DNA of 64,000 nucleotides. Origin: an uncultured Verrucomicrobiae bacterium (GTDB lineage Bacteria; Verrucomicrobiota; Verrucomicrobiia; Chthoniobacterales; UBA10450). Of the stretch, positions 49,929 to 59,171 are shown piece after piece. The notes beneath the pieces are model-generated. The model was not told the DNA's origin, made no database searches, and was given only the letters and a program-made list of their open reading frames with translations. The position numbers and the translations under genes are program-made. The stretch covers positions 640,001 to 704,000 of the forward strand of contig CAVWPA010000003.1 of the NCBI GenBank assembly GCA_963756875.1, written 5' to 3'. Every line of letters starts with the position of its first letter. The first letter of the stretch is position 1.

Positions 49929-51200
49929 TTATCCGTTAATCGCGCTGAGAGCAATATCGCGTCGGTAGTGGCACCCCTCGAAATGTATCTGTGCGACCGC
50001 TTCGTAGGCACGCGAGCGCGCTACATCAATCGTCCGCCCAAGCGCGGTGACGGCGAGAACGCGTCCACCCCCGGTGACAATTCCGTCAGCCTGTCGCTTC
50101 GTGCCGGCATGAAAAACATGGACATCCTCAAGCCTCGCGACCTCTTCCAAACCAGAGATGGGCATCCCCGTTTGATACTTGCCGGGATAACCGGCCGAGG
50201 CGAGCACGACCGTGACCGCTGGGCGCTCATCCCATTCGATGGAATGCTGATCGAGGCGGCCGTCGATCGTGGCTTCCAGCAGTGGCAGTAAATCGGATTT
50301 CATCCGCGGCAAAATCGCCTGCGTTTCCGGATCGCCGAAACGGCAGTTGAATTCGAGGACGCGCGGGCCGTCGGGGACGATCATCAAGCCGGGAAAAAGT
50401 AACCCGCGAAACACGATTTCTTCCATGAGCAACCCGCGCAAGAGCGGGCGCATGATTTTTTCATGGAACTGCGACTCCAACTCGGCGTTCCAATTATTGG
50501 CCGGGCTAAACGCGCCCATTCCGCCCGTGTTCGGCCCCAGATCGCCATCGAAGGCACGTTTGTGGTCGCGTGCCGATTCCAGCAATCGATAATTTTCTCC
50601 ATCCACCAGCGCGTGCAGCGAACATTCCGAGCCGCGTAGAAACTCTTCGATCACGACGCGCCGCCCCGCGTCTCCGAAACGGCCTTCGTTCATCATCGAA
50701 TTAATTGTCGATTGTGCGGTGGAGGGGTCCGGCGCAATGATCACGCCTTTGCCAAGAGCAAGGCCGTCGGCCTTGATCACGACCGGGAAATTAAGCTTTT
50801 TGCAATAGCGCAAGGCTTCGTCGCTGTCGGAAAACGTGCTTGCCTGCGCGGTGGGGATTCCTTGTGCTCGCATCAGTTCTTTCGCGAAAATTTTCGAAGA
50901 CTCGATTCGAGCGGCTGATTTGGTCGGTCCGAAAACGCGCAGGTTTTCCGATTGGAAAAGATCGACAATTCCGGCGGCGAGGGGATCGTCCGGGCCGACG
51001 ACTGTGAGATCGATATTGTTTTGTTTCACGAAGCGGGCCAGCGCGGCGAGGTCGGCCGCCGGGATGGCGACGTTCTCGGCGAGCTCGGCGGTTCCTGCGT
51101 TGCCCGGCGCGCAAAAGATTCGATCGGCCCGTGGCGACTGGCTCAATTTCCAAACGAGGGCGTGTTCGCGGCCGCCACTTCCGACGACAAAAATTTTCAT
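49929..51200 (-). CDS. purD: Phosphoribosylamine-glycine ligase
   Basis: VGSGGREHAL, KADGLALGKGV, GPNTGGMGA, EFNCRFGDPETQ. Confidence 0.97.
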   Translation of the reverse strand: MKIFVVGSGGREHALVWKLSQSPRADRIFCAPGNAGTAELAENVAIPAADLAALARFVKQNNIDLTVVGPDDPLAAGIVDLFQSENLRVFGPTKSAARIESSKIFAKELMRAQGIPTAQASTFSDSDEALRYCKKLNFPVVIKADGLALGKGVIIAPDPSTAQSTINSMMNEGRFGDAGRRVVIEEFLRGSECSLHALVDGENYRLLESARDHKRAFDGDLGPNTGGMGAFSPANNWNAELESQFHEKIMRPLLRGLLMEEIVFRGLLFPGLMIVPDGPRVLEFNCRFGDPETQAILPRMKSDLLPLLEATIDGRLDQHSIEWDERPAVTVVLASAGYPGKYQTGMPISGLEEVARLEDVHVFHAGTKRQADGIVTGGGRVLAVTALGRTIDVARSRAYEAVAQIHFEGCHYRRDIALSAING

Positions 51201-51264
51201 TTTATTTCATTGAGCACGCAATTGAAGACGCGCGCTGTCAGAAAAACAAGCCGCACATTCGTGA

Positions 51265-52340
51265 CTAACGTTGGGCTGTTGCACGCGATGGCGATTCAGC
51301 CGGTGTGATGGCAACTGTGAGCTTCTCGGTGTGACGGACGACTGTGATTTGGGATCGAACGCCGATTTGTTCGCCGACGAGGAGTTTATGCAAATCGTAA
51401 ATACTGGCGATGGGCCGGTCGTTGAAGGCCACAACAACGTCACCTTCGCGCAAACCTGCTTTTTCGGCCGGGCTCTCTTTCTCCACGGAAACAACCAGAA
51501 CGCCGGTTTCGCGCGGCAAATTGTAAAAACGAACGACGCGGCGATGAATGGGAACGTTTTGTCCGGCCACGCCAATGTAGCTTCGACGGATTTTCCCGTC
51601 GCGGATCAGCCAGCCGGCGACGAATTTTGCGGTGTTGCTGGCAATTGCAAAACAGATTCCCTGGGCGGGGCGGATCATGGCGGTGTTCACACCGATGACT
51701 TCACCGGCGGAGTTCACCAGCGGCCCGCCGGAATTGCCGGGATTCAGAGCGGCGTCGGTCTGGATAATGTTGTCGATCAAGCGGCCGGAGAGCGAGTGCA
51801 TCGATCGACCGAGGGCGCTGATCACGCCGGCGGTAACGCTGGCTTGAAAACCGAACGGGTTGCCAATTGCGATCGCCAGTTGTCCGACGCGCAGGTTCTC
51901 GGAATCCGCCAGGCGGACGTGTACGAGATTCGGCGCATCGATTCGAATGATGGCCAGATCGGTGTCCGGGTCGTCGCCCACCAGCCGTGCCGGGTACTCG
52001 CGTCCGTCGGGCAGGTTCACGGCGATCTTGTCGCGCCGTGCACGACGTGGCTGTTGGTCAAAATGAATCCGTCGGGCGCGATGATGAAACCGGAGCCGCT
52101 TCCGCCAACCTCGCGGGGACCGCGCCGTCCATCGGTCCGTTGGGTGACATCGATGTTGACCACCGCAGGCGCAACGCGTTCGGCGGCGCCGACCACGCTG
52201 CGTGAATAACTGTCCAGCAATGCCAGGTCATCCGGTGGAAACGGGTTGCCTGATGGCTCAAACTCCGGCGTCGAACCGGATGGATGCAAGAGGAGCGCGA
52301 CCGGATCGTCGCGCTCACCTCGCAGGTTGAAAGTTGTCAT
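51265..52340 (-). CDS. HtrA/DegP-like serine protease with PDZ domain (apparent 1-nt deletion at about 52029)
   Basis: GSGSGFII and LTNSHVV in one frame; TDLAII and [16 protein letters not shown] in the next. Confidence 0.9.
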
Positions 52341-52451
52341 GAACAGAAATTTCAAGCGGTCCGAACCCGGAGTCAATTACATGCTTCTTCAGCCTGTATG
52401 ATCAGTCAGGGATGTTACTCTCTTCTTGCACGCAGTAATAAAGCTCGTTAC

Positions 52452-52458
52452 AAGGAGG
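52452..52458 (+). promoter_or_regulatory. Shine-Dalgarno-like sequence
   Basis: AAGGAGG just before ATG 52461; spacing is short. Confidence 0.45.
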
Positions 52459-52460
52459 CC

Positions 52461-52841
52461 ATGTCAAAATCCTCCGCTTCAGTCATGGACGCGCAATGTC
52501 CGTCGCGGCTCGTGCTCGACCGGATCGCAGATAAATGGACGGCGCTCATCATTCAGATCCTGGCCAGGGGGACGATGCGATACGGCGCGCTCCAGCGCGA
52601 GATCGGCGGCATTTCCCAAAAGATGCTGACGCAAACGTTGCGCAGTCTCGAGCGGGACGGGTTGGTGCAGCGCACGGTTTATCCGGTCGTTCCGCCGAGG
52701 GTGGAATACTCGCTTACCCGGCTCGGGCGAACGTTGATTGAGCCGTTGCACGCACTTTGCCGCTGGTCGGAAAAACATTTGCCGGAGCTTCATGCGAACC
52801 GGGCGCGCGCCAGGGCAAAATCGAATTCAATGGCAGCATAG
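52461..52841 (+). CDS. HxlR-family winged-helix transcriptional regulator
   Basis: CPSRLVLDRIADKW, ISQKMLTQTLRSLERDGLV, VPPRVEYSLT. Confidence 0.93.
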   Translation: MSKSSASVMDAQCPSRLVLDRIADKWTALIIQILARGTMRYGALQREIGGISQKMLTQTLRSLERDGLVQRTVYPVVPPRVEYSLTRLGRTLIEPLHALCRWSEKHLPELHANRARARAKSNSMAA

Positions 52842-52862
52842 GAAGATCTTCCCGGTTTAACG

Positions 52863-54446
52863 ATGCAACAGGCGGAAACCATCGTTCTCCTTTTCGCCGC
52901 CGTGGCGGCGCTGGCTGTCATCGCGCGCAAGATCAGTGTGCCATATCCGGTCCTGCTCGTTCTGGCCGGACTCGGCTTGAGCTTTGTACCGCGGCTGCCG
53001 GAAGTGAAGCTGAACCCCGACGTTGTCTTTTATTTTTTTCTGCCGCCGCTTATTTATCCCGCCGCGCTGTTCACGTCCTGGCGGGACTTTCGAAGAAACT
53101 TGCGTCCCATTCTGCTTCTCGCGATTGGCCTGGTGCTCTTCACGATGGGGACGGTCGCCTGTCTGGCGCATTGGCTCGTCCCCAATTTACCCTGGGCGGC
53201 GGCTTTTGCGCTCGGCGCAATCGTCTCGCCGCCGGATGCGGTCGCGGCCACCAGCATCATTCGACGGCTTTCCGTGCCGCATCGCATCGAAGCGATCCTC
53301 GAAGGCGAAAGCCTGGTAAACGATGCGACCGCGCTGGTCGCGCTGCAATTCGCAGTCGCCGCTGTAATGAGCGGCGGCTTTTCGATTGGAGGGGCGGCGC
53401 TGCGATTCGTTTGGGTCTCGGCGGGCGGCATCGCCTTTGGATTGCTTGTTGGTCTGATCATCCGCTGGGTGCACCGGCATTTGGATGATCCGCCGGTCCA
53501 GATCACCATCTCGTTGCTCACGCCGTTTGCCGCATATCTGCCGGCAGAAAGGCTGCATTTTTCGGGAATTCTCGCCACAGCAGCGGTTGGAATGTATCTC
53601 GGCTGGCATTCGCCGCTGATTGTTCGGGCGCGGTATCGGCTCCAGGCATTCGCTTTCTGGGAGATGGTTGTGTTTTTGCTCAACGGCTTTGTTTTCATCA
53701 CAATCGGTTTGCAGTTGCCGCGAATTTTGCTTGGGATACGGAGCGATTCACTTGGCACCTTGATTAACGAAGGATTGTTGATCAGCGGCGCGGTGGTATT
53801 GGTCCGTATCGCGTGGGTGTTTCCAGCCGCTTATCTGCCGCGCTTGTTTAGCAAAAAACTCCGGGCCCGCGATCCATTTCCGTCGTGGCAACAAATCGCC
53901 CTGGTTGCCTGGGCTGGCATGCGCGGAGTCATTTCGCTGGCGGCGGCATTTGCGCTTCCATTTGTTCTGATCGACGGGAGCGCGTTTCCCGGTCGCGATT
54001 ACATTTTATTTTTCACGTTTTGTGTCATCCTCGTCACGCTGGTTTTTCAGGGTCTCACCTTGCCGTTTGTTGTTCGGAAGCTCGGCTTGAAAGACGATGG
54101 GTCGACGGATGAGGAGGAACGGCGCGCGCGTCTTGCAGCCAACAAAGCGGCGCTGGAACAGCTCGGGAATGCGGCTGGCAACGAAGATTATCGAGAGGAT
54201 GTGATCGATCGTTTGCGCGCCGAGTACGATGACCGCATTGCACAACTCGAGCTTTGCGCGCAAAGCCCTGAGGATTGCAGCGGTGGAATCGCTACGCCGC
54301 AGTATCAGCGCCTTCAGCAGATTGCGCTCAACGTCGAGCGCCAGACCATTATTGCGCTACGCAACCAGCGAGTAATCAACGATATCGCGCTGCGCCGGAT
54401 TCAACGCGATCTCGATTTGGCCGAAGCGCGCCTGGGCGGGCCGTGA
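52863..54446 (+). CDS. Na+/H+ antiporter (CPA1 family)
   Basis: FLPPLIY, LGAIVSPPDAVA, EGESLVNDA, GMRGVISLAAA. Confidence 0.93.
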   Translation: MQQAETIVLLFAAVAALAVIARKISVPYPVLLVLAGLGLSFVPRLPEVKLNPDVVFYFFLPPLIYPAALFTSWRDFRRNLRPILLLAIGLVLFTMGTVACLAHWLVPNLPWAAAFALGAIVSPPDAVAATSIIRRLSVPHRIEAILEGESLVNDATALVALQFAVAAVMSGGFSIGGAALRFVWVSAGGIAFGLLVGLIIRWVHRHLDDPPVQITISLLTPFAAYLPAERLHFSGILATAAVGMYLGWHSPLIVRARYRLQAFAFWEMVVFLLNGFVFITIGLQLPRILLGIRSDSLGTLINEGLLISGAVVLVRIAWVFPAAYLPRLFSKKLRARDPFPSWQQIALVAWAGMRGVISLAAAFALPFVLIDGSAFPGRDYILFFTFCVILVTLVFQGLTLPFVVRKLGLKDDGSTDEEERRARLAANKAALEQLGNAAGNEDYREDVIDRLRAEYDDRIAQLELCAQSPEDCSGGIATPQYQRLQQIALNVERQTIIALRNQRVINDIALRRIQRDLDLAEARLGGP

Positions 54447-54556
54447 ACGCTCGAACGTTTGCGAAGGCGCAAACGCCTCTACAACTGGCGAGAGAAGCGA
54501 GGAGAGTGAATGAGATTCCGAGCGGCCCTACAGCCAAGATGGCTGTGCCACGCTTT

Positions 54557-55765
54557 CTATCGCGACCAGCTTGGCTCGCTGATCCTGCCGAGGCCGTCGA
54601 TAATCTTGTTCCGATGGCCTGTAACGGTATCGAACAGGTAAATCGCGCTGCCGTCGGTGAAGATGATGTGTCGCGAGTCCGCGCCCCAGGCCGGATTTTC
54701 GCCGGCACAAACCACGCGCGTGCCGCCTCCGTTCAAATCGACAATCGCAACTTGAAATCCGCCGCCGCCACGGACATTGAATACAATTTTTTTTCCGTCG
54801 GGCGACCAATTTGGTTCGGTGCAATAACCGTGTCCGGTTGGGATCGGTTGCCCGGAGCCTCCGCCGGCTGAGATTCGGTATAGCTGCGGGCCGTGTCCGC
54901 CGTCGAACGAATATACAATTTCATCACCGCTCGGCGCCCATGACGGGCTGGATTCGACGCCGTGGGTGTGCGTCAATCGCCGTGCACCGCCGCCGCTCGC
55001 GCTGACAGTGTAAAGTTCCGGGTTGCCATCCCTGCTTACTGTGAGCGCAATGCGTCCGCCATCCGGCGAAAAGGCCGCGCCGCTGTTGGTGCCGGGGAAA
55101 TTGACAATTTTGTTTCGCGCGCCGGTCGCCAAATCGATCATGTAAACGTCTGGATAACCGCTTTGATAACCCGTGTAAGCAATGCGGCGGCCATCGGGGC
55201 TGATCGACGGATGCACGCTGATTACGCCGTCATGGGTCATTTGCCGGGCGTTCGAGCCGTCGTAATCGGCGACATACACTTCTTTTTTGCCGCTGCGCGT
55301 GGCGATGAAAGCGATCTTGCTGGTGGCGAAACCTTTATTGCCGGTCATCGTTTCGATGATGTCGTTGGCAAAACGATGCGCGTTTTCCCGCGCGCTTCCG
55401 CTGTAACTTTTTGAGAGCACCGTGCCGCCGCTGTGATCGGCCACTTCTCCCTGCAGGCTGCCGCCGCTGGCCGAGCCGCGCACCGTGTACGTGCCGTTGC
55501 CGGTCAATGTGAAATATCCAGAGAGCGCGAGATCGTTCTGCAATGTTCTTGTCACGGCCCCGCCGTCGCTTCCGCCGATGGGCGAAACGGTGAGATTGAT
55601 CTTCTCGCCCTTGCTGACGGTAATCGTCGGCACTTCCTCGCCACGCATCGGCCACGCACCGATCGACATCATCGCGAGCAAAATAAAAACTGACGTGCAA
55701 TTCGTCCCGCCACAGCGGGGACGGATTCGCTGCGGTGAACTTTTGACTTCTGATCTTTGCTTCAT
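54557..55765 (-). CDS. tolB: TolB-like beta-propeller protein
   Basis: PD40 repeats (SPDGRRIAY, FSPDGGRIA, WSPDGKKIV); downstream of tolQRA. Confidence 0.88.
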   Translation of the reverse strand: MKQRSEVKSSPQRIRPRCGGTNCTSVFILLAMMSIGAWPMRGEEVPTITVSKGEKINLTVSPIGGSDGGAVTRTLQNDLALSGYFTLTGNGTYTVRGSASGGSLQGEVADHSGGTVLSKSYSGSARENAHRFANDIIETMTGNKGFATSKIAFIATRSGKKEVYVADYDGSNARQMTHDGVISVHPSISPDGRRIAYTGYQSGYPDVYMIDLATGARNKIVNFPGTNSGAAFSPDGGRIALTVSRDGNPELYTVSASGGGARRLTHTHGVESSPSWAPSGDEIVYSFDGGHGPQLYRISAGGGSGQPIPTGHGYCTEPNWSPDGKKIVFNVRGGGGFQVAIVDLNGGGTRVVCAGENPAWGADSRHIIFTDGSAIYLFDTVTGHRNKIIDGLGRISEPSWSR

Positions 55766-56787
55766 TGTTCGGAACTTAATTCGAAATTAATTTTTACATC
55801 GTAATGGTCGCCGTTGGCGAGGCCATCTGGCAAAGGATCAACTTGCGTGACTCGCTTCGCAACCTCGCTCACCGATTCATCAACGATTTCATTTCCTGAC
55901 GGCTTGACGATTTCGAAACTGGAAATGCGGCCATCTTTCTCGATCCGCAATTTTGCCACCACGGAGAATTTTTCGCCCGAGGAGGCAACCGCGATGGGCT
56001 GCACCCAGTCGCTGTAAAGACGATCGTGCAACATGCTGCCGTACCAGCCGAATTGCGATTCGATGCTTCCGCCGCCGGAATGGCCGCCTGCGCCGGAAGA
56101 AGTCCCTTTGCCGCTGCCGGGATTAGCAGCCACAGCCTTTTTAATTTCCTCACCGGTTGAATCTGTTTTTCCAAGTGCGGCTTTTGCGATTCGCTTCTTT
56201 TCCGCGTCTGCTTCTGTCTCCTCTTTACTTTCTTCCTTCTTCTTTGCGATTCGTTTCGCTTTTGGTGACGGTTTCGGGGTTGCCTTGGCCAACAATTTTT
56301 TCGGAGGTGACTTCTTTTTCTTTTTCGGCTTTGGTTTCGATTTCGATTTCGCCTTTGGTTTTGGCCTCACCTTTTCTTTTGGGGTGGGTTTCGGCGTTAC
56401 TTTCGCCTTTGGAGTGGGAGTCGGTCTCGGCGTTGCCGTCGGTTCCGGGGAAGGTTTTCGCGTCGGCAGTTGGATATCGCTCCTGGCCGCGGTGAGAATT
56501 GGGCGGTCCTCCTCTTTTTTTTCTTCTCGCTTCTCTTCCTCCTCTTTCACCCGAGGCTCGGGCGTTGCTTCAACAGGAACAGGAGGAACACTGGCCTCGG
56601 CCAACTTTGGCGCCGCCATTTCCGCTCGGGCGACCGCGCCATCACCCGGACCGCCGCCCATCCAAACAATGCTGCTCGGGCCGGAGTGCTTTGGCTGGCG
56701 ACTCCAACGAATCAGCCCAATAATCAGAACAACGTGCGCCAGTCCGATAAGCGTGACGTTGCGCCAAAACCGCGCATTCTTCCGCAT
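55762..56787 (-). CDS. TolA/TonB-family protein
   Basis: N-terminal TM with His, long Lys/Pro-rich linker, TonB_C-like domain. Confidence 0.85.
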   Translation of the reverse strand: MRKNARFWRNVTLIGLAHVVLIIGLIRWSRQPKHSGPSSIVWMGGGPGDGAVARAEMAAPKLAEASVPPVPVEATPEPRVKEEEEKREEKKEEDRPILTAARSDIQLPTRKPSPEPTATPRPTPTPKAKVTPKPTPKEKVRPKPKAKSKSKPKPKKKKKSPPKKLLAKATPKPSPKAKRIAKKKEESKEETEADAEKKRIAKAALGKTDSTGEEIKKAVAANPGSGKGTSSGAGGHSGGGSIESQFGWYGSMLHDRLYSDWVQPIAVASSGEKFSVVAKLRIEKDGRISSFEIVKPSGNEIVDESVSEVAKRVTQVDPLPDGLANGDHYDVKINFELSSEQ

Positions 56788-56790
56788 TCC

Positions 56791-57207
56791 CTACTTCGCC
56801 TCGCCTTTCGTCGCAATTCCTACTTTTGTGATCTGGGCCCGCTGCAGCGCATCCATCAACGACACCAATTTTTGCACCGGTAATTCCCGGTCCGGTCGGA
56901 TCACGACTGCCACGTCGGGGTTGCTTTGTTTCAACTCCGCCAACTGCGTAGCGAGCGTCTCTGGATCGACCGTTTGATCGTTGAGTTTGATCGTGTCGGT
57001 GCGGTCGATCGAGATGGTTTGCACCTGAGTCGAATTGATGGGCGGGTTTTTCTCGCTGCTCGAAGGAATCACCAGATTCATACTGCTCTCGAGCAACGGC
57101 GTCGTGATCATGAAAATGATGAGCAAGACAAACGCCAGATCAAGGAGCGGCGTGATATTGATCTCACTGAGCGACGAAAGACTCTGGCGCTGGGAGTAAC
57201 GTCTCAT
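56791..57207 (-). CDS. TolR/ExbD-family protein
   Basis: EINITPLLDLAFVLLIIFMIT. Confidence 0.92.
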   Translation of the reverse strand: MRRYSQRQSLSSLSEINITPLLDLAFVLLIIFMITTPLLESSMNLVIPSSSEKNPPINSTQVQTISIDRTDTIKLNDQTVDPETLATQLAELKQSNPDVAVVIRPDRELPVQKLVSLMDALQRAQITKVGIATKGEAK

Positions 57208-57959
57208 CTGCGAAAATCCGGCTCGCGCGCTGCGTGGTCGACATATTTATGCTCGAATTCGGACGCGAGCTCGGCTGCGAAATTGTCCATTTCCACGATC
57301 ATTCCGCGGATCCGCGTGACCAAAAAATTGTAGCCAAACATCGCCGGGATGGCGACGCACAGCGCGGTCACAGTCGTGATGAGCGCGCCGGAAACGCCGG
57401 GGGCCATCGATGCCAGATTCGGCGAACCGGCTTCCGCCACGCCGGTGAACGCGTCCATGACTCCCCAAACCGTGCCGAGCAATCCAAGAAACGGCGAACC
57501 GCTCACGGCCGTCGCGAGAAAAATCATTTGCGATTCGAGATCGAGCGCCGTTTCGCCCACCGCGCGTTCCATTGCCGCCCTCACCGCTCCCATCTGGGCC
57601 GGCGAAATCTTGTCCGCAATTCCGAGCCGCGCCTTGAAGGTTTCATCGACTTCCGCCGAGCCGAGCATGTGAAAAGTCATCTCTTCACAGCCGGCGCGAT
57701 AGACGCTGAAATTAGGCGAACCTGGGAAGCGCGCGTTCTTTTCGAACAAGCGAAGCGGTTGCCGGTCCTGGCGGAAGGCGGCGAGAAAACGCCCGTTTTG
57801 TTTTCGGGCAAACTGGATGACGCGCAGTTTCGTGATCATGACCGACCAGCTAAACACCGAGACCACTGCGAGAAGAGACAGGACCAGCTTGCCGGCAACG
57901 GTGGCGTGCTCGAATGCGAAGAGCAGACCGCCGGCCGCGACAAAATTCAAAATCAGCAT
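57204..57959 (-). CDS. TolQ/ExbB/MotA proton channel protein
   Basis: PFLGLLGTVWGVM, APGVSGALITT, VAIPA. Confidence 0.92.
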   Translation of the reverse strand: MLILNFVAAGGLLFAFEHATVAGKLVLSLLAVVSVFSWSVMITKLRVIQFARKQNGRFLAAFRQDRQPLRLFEKNARFPGSPNFSVYRAGCEEMTFHMLGSAEVDETFKARLGIADKISPAQMGAVRAAMERAVGETALDLESQMIFLATAVSGSPFLGLLGTVWGVMDAFTGVAEAGSPNLASMAPGVSGALITTVTALCVAIPAMFGYNFLVTRIRGMIVEMDNFAAELASEFEHKYVDHAAREPDFRR

Positions 57960-58043
57960 GCCCGCTTCACCTGGGGGTAAGCATTAGCCGATTTCGGTGA
58001 AAGTGCCACCGAAAGTGAAACGCCGGGGCGAAGCACCAAAGCG

Positions 58044-58170
58044 AAGCACCAAGCTCCAATACCCAAGCACCAGAGAAGCACCAAACTCCAATATTCAAAT
58101 CGCTCGCGAGCGTTTTTGGAGTTTGGTTATTGGGATTTCTCTGGAGCTTGGTGCTTGGAATTTGGTGCTT
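58044..58170. repeat. Inverted heptamer-array element overlapping the lgt 3' end
   Basis: AAGCACC AAGCTCC AATACCC AAGCACC AGAG AAGCACC AAACTCC AATATTC ... CTCT GGAGC TTGGTGC TTGGAAT TTGGTGCTT. Confidence 0.92.
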
Positions 58171-59101
58171 TGCCTAGTTGCTTTGGATACGTTGGCCGCA
58201 TTTTGGCCGCAACGATGAACGCAATGCCAATCGCGATGAGAAAGAACGAAAAGAATTGGCCGCGGGTGAACCCGGCAATCAATGCGGCATCCGGCTCGCG
58301 GAAATTTTCGATCACGATCCGGAAGATCGCGTAGCAGATAAAGAAGAGTCCGGTCAAAACGCCGTTGGGTTGCCGCGTTCGCGTTCGCACGAACCAGAGG
58401 ATTGCGAACAAAACAATGCCTTCGAAAAAGGCCTCGTAGAGTTGCGATGGATGTCGCGGAGTCAGGATGGAGCGTAAAATCTGTTTCACCTGCGGTTGCC
58501 GATGCACTGCGGCGATAATCGCATCCGGCGTTGTGAGAGCGGGACTGATTCGGATGCATTCCATGACCGCGCGATCCGCTTCCGCCGGATGGTCGAGCAA
58601 TTCTTTTGGGAACTGCATGGCCCACGAAACGTGCGTAACGCGCCCGTAAAGCTCGCCGTTGATAAAGTTGGCGCAGCGACCAAAGAACAGACCGATCGGC
58701 GTGGTAACGACCAGATTATCGCCCAGATTCAGCCAGGAAAGTTTGTGGCGGTGCGCAAAATAAAGGCTGAAAAGCAAAACACCGATCATGCCGCCATGGC
58801 TCGACATTCCGCCTTCCCAGACACGCAGGATTGACAGCGGTTCGCGCAACATCTCGGGCTTGTAGAAGAGCACGTAACCGAGACGGCCGCCGATGATCAC
58901 GCCGAAGAGCGCAACACCGGTGACGAAATCGGCCACCTTTTCGACGGGCAAATCCGCGTAACCGCGCTTCGCCAGAACACGAAGGAAAAGATAGCTGGCG
59001 ACAAACGCCAGCACATACGCCAGGCCGTACCAGCGCGGACCAACGTTGTCCCACAGGCGGAAGATCAACGGATTGAGATCGTGCAGATAGTAAGCGAGCA
59101 C
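58127..59101 (-). CDS. lgt: Prolipoprotein diacylglyceryl transferase
   Basis: RWYGLAY, GGRLGYVLFY, GGMSSHGG, GRCANFINGELYGR, RHPSQLYE. Confidence 0.96.
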   Translation of the reverse strand: MLAYYLHDLNPLIFRLWDNVGPRWYGLAYVLAFVASYLFLRVLAKRGYADLPVEKVADFVTGVALFGVIIGGRLGYVLFYKPEMLREPLSILRVWEGGMSSHGGMIGVLLFSLYFAHRHKLSWLNLGDNLVVTTPIGLFFGRCANFINGELYGRVTHVSWAMQFPKELLDHPAEADRAVMECIRISPALTTPDAIIAAVHRQPQVKQILRSILTPRHPSQLYEAFFEGIVLFAILWFVRTRTRQPNGVLTGLFFICYAIFRIVIENFREPDAALIAGFTRGQFFSFFLIAIGIAFIVAAKMRPTYPKQLGKAPNSKHQAPEKSQ

Positions 59102-59171
59102 CGGCGCGAATTGTCACTGATGTTCGCGAAGCCCGCAATCAAAACACGCATTTCGTGGTAGCGATTACACC

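Noticed and set aside
56200..56540. T-rich low-complexity tract as foreign DNA
   Set aside because: It encodes the Lys/Pro/Glu-rich TolA/TonB linker.
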